Assembly: GCA_964430885.1 (NCBI GenBank)
Contig: CAYSHM010000007.1
Span: 1-64,000, forward strand
Source: an uncultured archaeon
Lineage (GTDB): Archaea; Thermoplasmatota; Penumbrarchaeia; JASLWR01
Length of the DNA: 64,000 nucleotides
Direction of reading: 5' to 3'
A program made the position numbers and the translations under genes. The notes beneath the pieces were generated by a model that saw only the letters and a list, made by a program, of their open reading frames with translations, did not search any database and was not told the origin of the DNA. Positions within the stretch are counted from its first letter, which is position 1. Each line of letters opens with the position of its first letter. This document shows, in pieces, positions 50,585-59,156 of this stretch.

Positions 50585-50839
50585 CTATTGGGTCCAGCGC
50601 AGGGATTCCAGAGGAAATGCCAAAGAGGTCTTTATAGTGGCAACATCGGTGAACTGCACCACAAAATCCGAGGCGCATTTTTCATTCTCTGCTTCAAAAA
50701 GGATAAGGGCATCTGGCTGTCCGAACATCCCTACTGATTTTATTATCTCCACACCCTTCATCATGACGGGATTCTTTAGAAGTTTGATAGCTTCGGTATT
50801 CTTACCAGGAAGTGTATCTATGAAGGTTACGAACAACAT
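50585..50839 (-). CDS. Small ferredoxin-like-fold protein (GYD/Lrp-RAM-like)
   Basis: GMFGQPDALILFEA...TSLAFP pattern. AGGTGA RBS. Confidence 0.6.
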   Translation of the reverse strand: MLFVTFIDTLPGKNTEAIKLLKNPVMMKGVEIIKSVGMFGQPDALILFEAENEKCASDFVVQFTDVATIKTSLAFPLESLRWTQ

Positions 50840-50931
50840 AATGGATCACCTTTCAGGGCCGGCCACCGGCGGGTACCAACCCTCATTAACCAAACTATTG
50901 TAGTATGTCATATTTATAGCTCATTGAATAA

Positions 50932-51438
50932 TTAGAGAAACTCAATTGAAACAAAATGTTTCTGACCCTCGTAGTTATTATTGACAAAACGCAATTCATA
51001 GCTTCCACCGTGCAGAACTATGGGTTTATCCCAGGTCTTGCTTGTCGCATAGAGATTAAGTTCGATATATCCTACCTTTTCACCATCCATCTTATACCGG
51101 ATCAGGGTTGCATATGGACTTGGGTCTGTTGAATCAAGTGGAAGGATGTTGTCGCCGATCTTCACATAATCCACTCCCGCCATGAGCCGGTCAGGTATGT
51201 TGACATCCAGATTTCTTGTAGTACCGTTACCGCTGCTGTAGACCCTCTGGATTGTTTCTTTGATCTTGTCAAGTTCCATTTCAAGCTCGAGCTTGGCCTG
51301 TTTTTCCTGGTAGGCATTGAAACCCCCTATTGCAGCGGGGAGCGCTATAGCCATTATAATAACGGTGATCAATAACTTCATTGGAAGCTCAAGAACACCT
51401 TCATCAGAATCCATCAATCTCGGTCGTTTTCCTTTCAT
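50932..51438 (-). CDS. Archaeal type IV pilin-like protein
   Basis: Charged leader ending DSDEG, then hydrophobic VLELPMKLLITVII (class III signal peptide); SGNG.T pattern. Confidence 0.7.
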   Translation of the reverse strand: MKGKRPRLMDSDEGVLELPMKLLITVIIMAIALPAAIGGFNAYQEKQAKLELEMELDKIKETIQRVYSSGNGTTRNLDVNIPDRLMAGVDYVKIGDNILPLDSTDPSPYATLIRYKMDGEKVGYIELNLYATSKTWDKPIVLHGGSYELRFVNNNYEGQKHFVSIEFL

Positions 51439-51551
51439 GTTGATCACTATTAATAAAAAACTATAAGAGTGCCAGCCTTTCATCAAGAAACTGATGACCC
51501 ATTAGGATTTCTTATGCCATTATGGAAATAGGGTGGAAATTGGATAGGCAT

Positions 51552-52043
51552 CTATCCTCTAACAACAATTATGCTTCCGGTGTAGGACGAGTAACCTGAT
51601 TTCTCACATTTTACCTGCATTTGACAGGTTTGGGAACCGGGGGCCAATGTAACCTCTAGCCCGTTGAAGGTAACTGTGCCGTCATCAGCGGTCTTACCAG
51701 GTACCGCATTGCCGGTGGTACCGCATCTTGATAGGGATACGGTGGCGCCCTTTAATTTGGTATCACCAGTCCACACTGTTATTGTAAGATCGATCGTGGC
51801 TGAACCTTCAACATCCAGATCGGTGGGGGACACTGTTATCTGGGTGGCATCTGCCTGACCCGAGTTCACTCCTATCTTATCGATCTTGTTAGGGGACGTA
51901 TCCGCCATGCTGATCCATGCGACCAATATTCCCAGCCCGATCACGGTTATGATTATGATAATGAGCAGATACAGAGGCATTCCCAATATATCCGCTTCCT
52001 CGTCATTGTAGAATCTTTTGTTTTTATATCCCGTTCTAGGCAT
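51552..52043 (-). CDS. Archaeal type IV pilin-like protein with Ig-like C-terminus
   Basis: KRFYNDEEA followed by DILGMPLYLLIIIII; GATV.L...GKT..DG.V.F and KSGY. AGGTGA RBS. Confidence 0.7.
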   Translation of the reverse strand: MPRTGYKNKRFYNDEEADILGMPLYLLIIIIITVIGLGILVAWISMADTSPNKIDKIGVNSGQADATQITVSPTDLDVEGSATIDLTITVWTGDTKLKGATVSLSRCGTTGNAVPGKTADDGTVTFNGLEVTLAPGSQTCQMQVKCEKSGYSSYTGSIIVVRG

Positions 52044-52255
52044 GATTTCACCTGGAGATTATATGCCGGTAATTATATTTATAATTTGCTGGTCGCGATA
52101 TTTTGCTCAGATTAAATCGATGAACGTGATATGAAATGCCTTGTTTTTGCCTGGATTCCCCGTGACTGTCCAGTGACGGTTTTTCGATTTTCTTGCGTAT
52201 CTACAGTAAACCAAAAACAGTTATATTGACTGCCCGTATTATTAGGCAGATTGAA

Positions 52256-54556
52256 ATGAACCATCATAACAGTAGGACTTGTAAATTATTTAGTATTCTG
52301 ATCATTTTATGTACACTAGTAATGTATATACCCTTCAGTTCATTATTTGATACAAAGAAACTAGATACGGATTCAATTTCCATCTGTAACTATGATACAG
52401 CAGGATCAATTTCCCGCAATGGAGAACTATATATACAAATTACCATTAACCGTACAAATGTACCCTCGAGTGAAAACGCTACCGTCACAGTTAATGTCAC
52501 CGATGACCTCGCTCCAGTCCGCAATGTTTCTGTGGAACCCATTGTATCCCATGGAAATATCTCGGAGGAGGAACTCCTAACCGGCCTCAATGGAAAGGTT
52601 TCCTTCAATTATACCGCACCAGTGACCGAAATGACCCTTAAAGTGATTATGGCGGTAATAATCAACGGCGGCCAGCCCGACGAGGGATACGCCAATCTCA
52701 GATTTCTCGTAATTTCCTTTGAGGACGGGACATTTCCAACGGTCGAATTATCTGACCCAGCTGACGGAGATATGGACGTATCCAATGATACCCACATAAT
52801 GATCACCTTCTCCGAACCCATGAACATCACCAATATTGATGAAGTTATCAGAATCACTCCGAAAATCAGCTACAACTGGGGGCTTGTTGACCGTGTTCTT
52901 ACCCTGGTACCCCTTGAAATCCTCAGGGGATCGACTCATTACTTGGTAAATGTTCATGAGAATGCCACAGACCTCCATGGTAATCCGCTTCTGGAAGCGA
53001 ACTCGTTTGGTTTTACTGTCAAGAGCGATCCTGAATTCAGGATGGAACTGATCCTGACGCTCACAAGCAGTCAAATAATCGAAGGCAATACTGCCAGCCT
53101 GACGGTAAAGGCTGTGAACGAGGACGGGAGTCCGGTAATGAACGCTCTTGTGAGCATCGAATTCACAGGACCCATTCAAATATCCATACTTGAAGGGCTG
53201 ACCGATGCTGGTGGATTCCTGAACGTTACCGTATTCACATCCAATGTGTCACAGAATATCCTGGTGAATATCAATATCTCTGCCGGAAAGGACATATATT
53301 ACAACTCCAGAAATGAAACAATGATAACGATCCTAGATGATTCCTACCGAACTCAGCACCGCAGTCTGCTCCTTCAGAACAACATCTCCGTCATTTGGAC
53401 TTTTGGTTCCAGAGGTGTTGTTGATGTGAACATCACGTCTGTGGAAAATCCATCTTGGTTCAACAGCGGTTTTTTGGAACTATTCCTAGAGCTGCAAACC
53501 GCAGGGACGGGAGAGGTTTTTTGGACAAACATCACGATCACGGGATTGGATATTCCCCAGGGATTTGATATAGAAGATGGTCAGATGCTCTTTTTTACCC
53601 CTCCAGACGGACCATGGTCCAGATTGACCAGTATGGGTACGGTTCATGTAAACAGATCTATTTGGTGCAACATTTCCAAGAATGATCACTTGGACAGTAT
53701 CATCATCGCACCTAGATTGATTAATCTGACACCCAAGCTCAAGGGTGAAGTCAGGGGACGACTGGTTAATGGTACCGGTTCACCATTGAACAATACCAAG
53801 GTCCTTATGAAAGATTCAGGAACAACTGCCTACGAAATTATTACCGACAGTGATGGAGTATTTACCTTCCTTGATGTGGAAACTGGCATCTATCTGCTTT
53901 ATCTGGATAAGAAAGGGTATAACCTATCCGTTAGGACCAATGTACATGTTTCCAGCGGGGAGAGGGAAGAATTGGGTAACATAAGTGTAAAAAAGGAGGA
54001 AATTAACATAATCCCTGCAGACGGTAAGGATAAGGAAGATGGCAGGAAAGGTCTTCCGGTCTTATACATAGTTCTGCTCATTATATTCCTAATACTTGTT
54101 TTGATAGCCCTTTACAAGTTCGTCCAGGCAAAATATTCCCAAGATGACACCTCTGATAGAAAAGTGAGCAGGGCATTCCCAAAAAGCAGTAAATCCAGCA
54201 GCAGGCCCAGTACAGGCTTCTTCAATTCCAGTGATGAGGAGAGCTTTGAATGCCCCCTTTGCGGAAGCGATGTCGGTGAAAAGGACAATCGCTGTAATAC
54301 TTGCGGTGCTAGATTTGTCCCTAACAAACTTGTCTGTCCGGACTGTGGAATGATTGTTTTACCAGGTGATAAGTACTGCGAAATGTGCGGAACAGTTTTC
54401 GGAATGCAGGAGGGGAGAAACATAGATCTATCCGGGGATTGGGGGTCTGCAAACAGCCATTCCATCGACGGAAGGGTGGCTATCAGTGATTTCGAGGTGG
54501 TCGGGGATAATGAAATTTCCCTATATGATTTAATGAAGAAGAATTCAAGTAAGTGA
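52256..54556 (+). CDS. Surface protein with Ig-like and carboxypeptidase-regulatory-like domains, TM and cytoplasmic double Zn ribbon
   Basis: PTV..SDPADG..V...I.ITFSEPM (Big_5-like), TDSDG.F.F..V..G.Y, TM, CPLC..CNTC..CPDC..CEMC. Confidence 0.8.
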   Translation: MNHHNSRTCKLFSILIILCTLVMYIPFSSLFDTKKLDTDSISICNYDTAGSISRNGELYIQITINRTNVPSSENATVTVNVTDDLAPVRNVSVEPIVSHGNISEEELLTGLNGKVSFNYTAPVTEMTLKVIMAVIINGGQPDEGYANLRFLVISFEDGTFPTVELSDPADGDMDVSNDTHIMITFSEPMNITNIDEVIRITPKISYNWGLVDRVLTLVPLEILRGSTHYLVNVHENATDLHGNPLLEANSFGFTVKSDPEFRMELILTLTSSQIIEGNTASLTVKAVNEDGSPVMNALVSIEFTGPIQISILEGLTDAGGFLNVTVFTSNVSQNILVNINISAGKDIYYNSRNETMITILDDSYRTQHRSLLLQNNISVIWTFGSRGVVDVNITSVENPSWFNSGFLELFLELQTAGTGEVFWTNITITGLDIPQGFDIEDGQMLFFTPPDGPWSRLTSMGTVHVNRSIWCNISKNDHLDSIIIAPRLINLTPKLKGEVRGRLVNGTGSPLNNTKVLMKDSGTTAYEIITDSDGVFTFLDVETGIYLLYLDKKGYNLSVRTNVHVSSGEREELGNISVKKEEINIIPADGKDKEDGRKGLPVLYIVLLIIFLILVLIALYKFVQAKYSQDDTSDRKVSRAFPKSSKSSSRPSTGFFNSSDEESFECPLCGSDVGEKDNRCNTCGARFVPNKLVCPDCGMIVLPGDKYCEMCGTVFGMQEGRNIDLSGDWGSANSHSIDGRVAISDFEVVGDNEISLYDLMKKNSSK

Positions 54557-54616
54557 ATTACCGATAAACTGTATATCTGATTATTATGATAGAAATAATA
54601 GATATGCTTCAGCGAG

Positions 54617-55186
54617 ATGAATAAAATGGCCAGGGCCCATATTAAATTGAAATATATGACAACATCCTTACTTATAGTCGGCTGTATCTTATCCATGGGC
54701 TGTCTGGACATGGAGCTTATGGACGGTATGCTCCCCTATTCGAAAGAAGAGAGTTCCGGTTACCATCTGATTCAAAAGAAATCGGTGTATTATTCATTCA
54801 ACACTTCTGTCGGCGGGGCACCCTCTCAGTTCTACAAGACCATGGGGGGACAGGAGTTCCGTGTAGTTGATTCCACCAGATGGCTGAAGATCACCATCTC
54901 TGTGAACCTGGACAAGAACAATCTCGTCCAGGACCTTCTTGAGGCTTTGGGGATCAACAAAACCTTAACAAGATATGTAAAGGTCACCTTAACTGATTCC
55001 AATTCCACTGTGGTGTATAAGAGAGATTTTTATGAAACAACCACAATCGAACCAATTGTGTTGCAGTCCCCCGTATCCGGAATATGGAAATTGGACATAT
55101 CCGCCAAGGGTGTGGGTGGAGAGATACAGGGCTTTCAGGTATATGACGGTTTCAATATCAGGGTTCTATCCTACGAACCGATTTGA
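54617..55186 (+). CDS. Putative lipoprotein
   Basis: Hydrophobic stretch ending LSMGC; beta-rich body with P..G.W.L.I. Confidence 0.65.
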   Translation: MNKMARAHIKLKYMTTSLLIVGCILSMGCLDMELMDGMLPYSKEESSGYHLIQKKSVYYSFNTSVGGAPSQFYKTMGGQEFRVVDSTRWLKITISVNLDKNNLVQDLLEALGINKTLTRYVKVTLTDSNSTVVYKRDFYETTTIEPIVLQSPVSGIWKLDISAKGVGGEIQGFQVYDGFNIRVLSYEPI

Positions 55187-55250
55187 TAGATCAGCATCCT
55201 CTTTTTTTTGATCAGTTATTATTCATATTGATACATACGGGATGAGATAA

Positions 55251-55727
55251 ATGGAAGATAGCAGAGGATCGAGGAAGGTTAAAAAAAAGCTTAAGGTGGT
55301 CAAGAGAGCCAGTGATGAGGTATGTGACTGCAGGATTGATAAAAGCGGCATATCCGAACCAATAGCTGAAGCTGACGATCTGACCAAGGAACAAAAGGAT
55401 CAATTAATGTCGCTCCAGAGGATATGGATCGAGGACATGAGAAAAAATAATGCGGGAGAATGCAGTACAAGCAATGAAAAAAAGGACCCAATTGAATCGG
55501 TTGAACCCACTGAAGAAAAGGATTCAGAACTAATGAAATTGAAACCATCCCCTATTGACGAATTGGATGGTCTTACCCCAGAACTTTCCAAGGAAAGGGA
55601 AAGGATCAAATCTGTGATAATGGAGCTTTTAGATAAACAGAATGAATTCATCAAGACGTTCCTGAAAGAAGAGATAGGCCGGTCCTTCAGTTATCTTAAT
55701 GCAGAATTGCAGAAGAAAAAAAGATGA
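55251..55727 (+). CDS. Hypothetical charged protein
   Basis: 158-aa open frame rich in K/E. Confidence 0.6.
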   Translation: MEDSRGSRKVKKKLKVVKRASDEVCDCRIDKSGISEPIAEADDLTKEQKDQLMSLQRIWIEDMRKNNAGECSTSNEKKDPIESVEPTEEKDSELMKLKPSPIDELDGLTPELSKERERIKSVIMELLDKQNEFIKTFLKEEIGRSFSYLNAELQKKKR

Positions 55728-55956
55728 GGATAAGGATTAGTAATTCCCCTCTAATTGGATCATTCCGGGATTATGATAGATCGAAAGCCCATTTCAGCAA
55801 TATCATCTATTATATATTTTTGATAACCCAGAAAATGATTTCATTTTGAAAAAAATACAAATACCGATATTATTATATAACGAAAATACTATGTTCCATT
55901 CACAGCTAATATATTTGAATAAACTGTAATCTAATAATTTAAACGAGGCGATTATA

Positions 55957-56412
55957 ATGGCTCAGAAAAAAGTTGTAAAGAAAAGCGTCCCCAAGAGCAT
56001 GATGAAGGACCCCCAGGAAATGAAGGTGAATGACCTTGTCATCACAGACGAATTCAAGATGATAAATGTAAACTCCTCCGGAAAGGAAGCTGCAGCTCAG
56101 CTTATGCAAATACCCCGCGGAGTGGTCCTGGTCACTGATGATGCAAATGCCATCAAGGGAGTTCTCACCGCACGGGAATTCCTGGAGAGCATTGTTAAAG
56201 GGGAAAATCCAACTGATTGCACAACCGAAGCCCTTATGAATACAGATATCATGGAGATCAGTTACGATGCTGAGATCATGGATGTTGTTCCAGAGGTCAC
56301 CAAGAGAGATCCATACGCTGTAGTCGTAACCGATGGCGAAGGGAACTTCAAGGGATATTTCTCACCAAAGGATTATCAAGAAGCTCTGGCAAGGATCAAA
56401 CCAAGGGAATAA
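55957..56412 (+). CDS. CBS-pair domain protein
   Basis: MKVNDL, VLVTDD..IKGVLT..E, ALMNTD, VVVTDGEGNFKGYFS..D. GAGG RBS. Confidence 0.85.
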   Translation: MAQKKVVKKSVPKSMMKDPQEMKVNDLVITDEFKMINVNSSGKEAAAQLMQIPRGVVLVTDDANAIKGVLTAREFLESIVKGENPTDCTTEALMNTDIMEISYDAEIMDVVPEVTKRDPYAVVVTDGEGNFKGYFSPKDYQEALARIKPRE

Positions 56413-56449
56413 GCATTTCCCCCATATCAACAATTGATACTTGAATGCC

Positions 56450-56494
56450 CTAGGGAATCGACAATTCAAAATTGATTCCCCTAGATATTTTTTT
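56450..56494 (+). terminator. Hairpin plus T-tract downstream of the CBS gene
   Basis: CTAGGGAATC...GATTCCCCTAG (one bulged C) followed by ATATTTTTTT. Confidence 0.55.
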
Positions 56495-56581
56495 ACTACA
56501 ATCACAGCAGTGATACAGTACTGTTTTCATTTACAGATTTAACAAAAAACAATAACTGATTTCATTATGAAGGTGACCTAA

Positions 56582-57175
56582 ATGGAAGAAATTGATATTG
56601 AAGAGGAAAAGATAAAGGTCGGAGAGGTTTGGAAATCCGCGGAGGAGCTCAGAGAGGAGATAAAGGAAAGGATAGGAAAGGGGGATTTCGAGATAACTGA
56701 TGAAGCCCTGGCACTTAAAAAATTGAATAAAGCCTTACAGAACTATACCGAAATATCCATCAAATTACCTGCAGAGCTTATTGATACCTTCAAGGATATC
56801 GCTGAGAAGAACGACCTCAAGTTTCAAGATGTGATACGGAGAAAACTTCAAGCTGGACTCATGGATATGCCTGCATCTCTGGAAGAACCGGCCCAGGAGA
56901 ATTTCGACCGAGATAATGAAGAAGACGGCACTGAATGGGAGGAGAACGAAGGTGAAGAAGTCACATCCCAAGAGGAGACTCCCGTAATTGGTGTTGGAGA
57001 GGCCTTGCCTGCCGATACTGCCGAACAGCCCATTACCGATGCCGACAATGTTCAGGAACCTAAGGTAACAAGGGTCAGATGCCATAAATGTAAAAAACCC
57101 ATTACCATCACAACATCCGCAAGACCTCTAACTGTTACGTGTCCCTATTGCGGTGCCCAAGGTAAACTGGAATAA
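56582..57175 (+). CDS. Protein with ribbon-helix-helix-like segment, acidic linker and C-terminal Zn ribbon
   Basis: ISIKLPAELIDTFKDIAEKNDLKFQDVIRR (CopG-like); CHKC-x16-CPYC. AGGTGA RBS. Confidence 0.7.
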   Translation: MEEIDIEEEKIKVGEVWKSAEELREEIKERIGKGDFEITDEALALKKLNKALQNYTEISIKLPAELIDTFKDIAEKNDLKFQDVIRRKLQAGLMDMPASLEEPAQENFDRDNEEDGTEWEENEGEEVTSQEETPVIGVGEALPADTAEQPITDADNVQEPKVTRVRCHKCKKPITITTSARPLTVTCPYCGAQGKLE

Positions 57176-57376
57176 AAATTCCTAAAACTATTGACAATTC
57201 CCAATCTCATTATACTGATGAGCATTCGTTGTACCAACAATTCAAATTGTTTTAAGATCAACGCTTCAGGCATAACATGTCGTATACCGAAATTGATTTG
57301 TCACATATTATTATGAAATCTTTTTCCGAATTGTGCAGTTTTATGATTTGATTCGAATATTTTAGAAGGGGAAACC

Positions 57377-57988
57377 ATGGGAAAATTAAACCTGGAAGAA
57401 GGGTTAATTAGAAAAGAACTGGACTTATTGCTGAAGGTTAGGGACGACACCCTGACCCATAGCAGAGATCTCATTAGACTGTCCTCAAATCTGATCAATT
57501 CATATCAGAATCTATATTTTACTGGTATTGACGATACTGAAACCGATAAAATTATTTGGGCTCTGAAAGAAACAAAGGATAAAATGCTCTCACTGCTGAA
57601 GGACTATCCCAGGATCAGATACAATCGGGGAGTGGATGATGCACTTCAGGAATACTGTGAAGCAATGATCTTCATTTCACTTATCAAGGAGGCTGACATA
57701 CCTTCCATGGAAAAGCTTGATGTGGATGCAGTTCCCTATCTCATGGGTCTGTGCGATGTAGTGGGAGAACTGAGAAGACACATTCTGAACCTACTCCGTA
57801 TCGGTGAAATGGAGAGAAGCGAGAGATTCCTGATAAAAATGGAAAACCTTTATCATTTCATCCAATCATTCCATTACCCGAAATCCATAGTTGCCGTTAA
57901 AAGGAAAAAGGATGTCGCTAGGTCCCTTTTGGATAAGACCTTGGGTGAGGTTGTGGTCGCCAAGGTAAACCTGACTAAAAACGACTGA
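57377..57988 (+). CDS. Translin/TRAX (C3PO) family protein
   Basis: SRDLIR.S...I, ALQEYCEA, PYLMGLCDVVGELRR, KRKKDVAR. Confidence 0.9.
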   Translation: MGKLNLEEGLIRKELDLLLKVRDDTLTHSRDLIRLSSNLINSYQNLYFTGIDDTETDKIIWALKETKDKMLSLLKDYPRIRYNRGVDDALQEYCEAMIFISLIKEADIPSMEKLDVDAVPYLMGLCDVVGELRRHILNLLRIGEMERSERFLIKMENLYHFIQSFHYPKSIVAVKRKKDVARSLLDKTLGEVVVAKVNLTKND

Positions 57989-58012
57989 GGATTTAGCAGT
58001 AGGTGCTAATAA

Positions 58013-58855
58013 ATGGAAGAAAGCAGAACAATACGGCTTTACTATCCGGGTTCATCCCATGCTTCCCTATCAGTCACTGGAAACCGCTGTGCTCTAAGGT
58101 GTGAACACTGCAGAGGTCTGTTTCTAGAGAAAATGATCGATGGGTCCACACCTGAGAAATTCGATCATGCAGTGGAACTCCTCAGAAATAGGGGAACTAC
58201 TGGAATATTGCTCAGTGGAGGGTGCAACAGCAGTGGTCAGGTTGATTTCAGGCATCTTGAAGGGTCCATTAGGAAATTGACTAATGAGGGTAAAATCAAA
58301 TTGAATCTGCATTCAGGATTTGTCGATATGGAAGGGGTAAGACACATAAAGAATCTTGGAATTGAAAATGTGTGTGTGGATGTTGTTGGGAATCGGCAGG
58401 TCATCCAGAGGGTTTACGGGTTGAAAGATACGGATAGTGAAAAAACACTGAGGGCTCTGAGAATCTCCGGAATCATGGATATTACACCACACATCACTAT
58501 TGGATTGGACAGGGGAAACCTTGGACACGAGAAAGATGCTGTTAGAATGGTGAAAGAACAGCTTGGTGATGTGAGAAAATTGGTTCTTCTCACATTGATA
58601 CCAAAGAAGGGAACACCCTACCAGGGTGTTGAACCGGTTCCTGCAGATGAGGTAATAGAGATTATTGAATATTCCCGACACTATCTGCCACAATCAGAAT
58701 TGATCCTTGGATGCATGAGAACCCATTACACCGTTAATGAACTCACAAGGATGATCAGAGCAGGTATCGGCGGGATCGTGAATCCACCTGACAGACTGAA
58801 GACGATTATTGAAGATGATTTCATCCGCACCAGTGACGGCTGCTGCTGCTTTTAA
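58013..58855 (+). CDS. Radical SAM protein, LipS1-like lipoyl synthase subunit
   Basis: SVTG..CALRCEHC, LLSGGC, PHITIGL, LGCMR and C-terminal CC. Confidence 0.78.
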   Translation: MEESRTIRLYYPGSSHASLSVTGNRCALRCEHCRGLFLEKMIDGSTPEKFDHAVELLRNRGTTGILLSGGCNSSGQVDFRHLEGSIRKLTNEGKIKLNLHSGFVDMEGVRHIKNLGIENVCVDVVGNRQVIQRVYGLKDTDSEKTLRALRISGIMDITPHITIGLDRGNLGHEKDAVRMVKEQLGDVRKLVLLTLIPKKGTPYQGVEPVPADEVIEIIEYSRHYLPQSELILGCMRTHYTVNELTRMIRAGIGGIVNPPDRLKTIIEDDFIRTSDGCCCF

Positions 58856-59156
58856 CTACCGCAACTGGGTCTTGTAGAGTTAAGTTATTATAACTGTTCA
58901 TTTATTTGGAATATCATTAATATCCCCTTTTTCAACCGTAGGGGAGGCTCTATTTCCAAATTAAAAATAAAAATATTGACGATAATAATAATTTCAAAAA
59001 GTGTATTCAATCCATTCAAATATCCTAAAAGACCTTTGGCCTTTGTTCAATTTCAAGGAGTGCAGCTGAGGCTTAGCTCCGCTTGATTTGACAGAATTTG
59101 CAGGACAAGAAAAGACCACATTAACTAACGGTTTCTTAGACCTGTTGTTCCGGGGG

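Noticed and set aside
58013-58855. Biotin synthase call
   Set aside because: It lacks BioB-specific motifs such as YNHNL and has the GCMR and terminal CC motifs instead.
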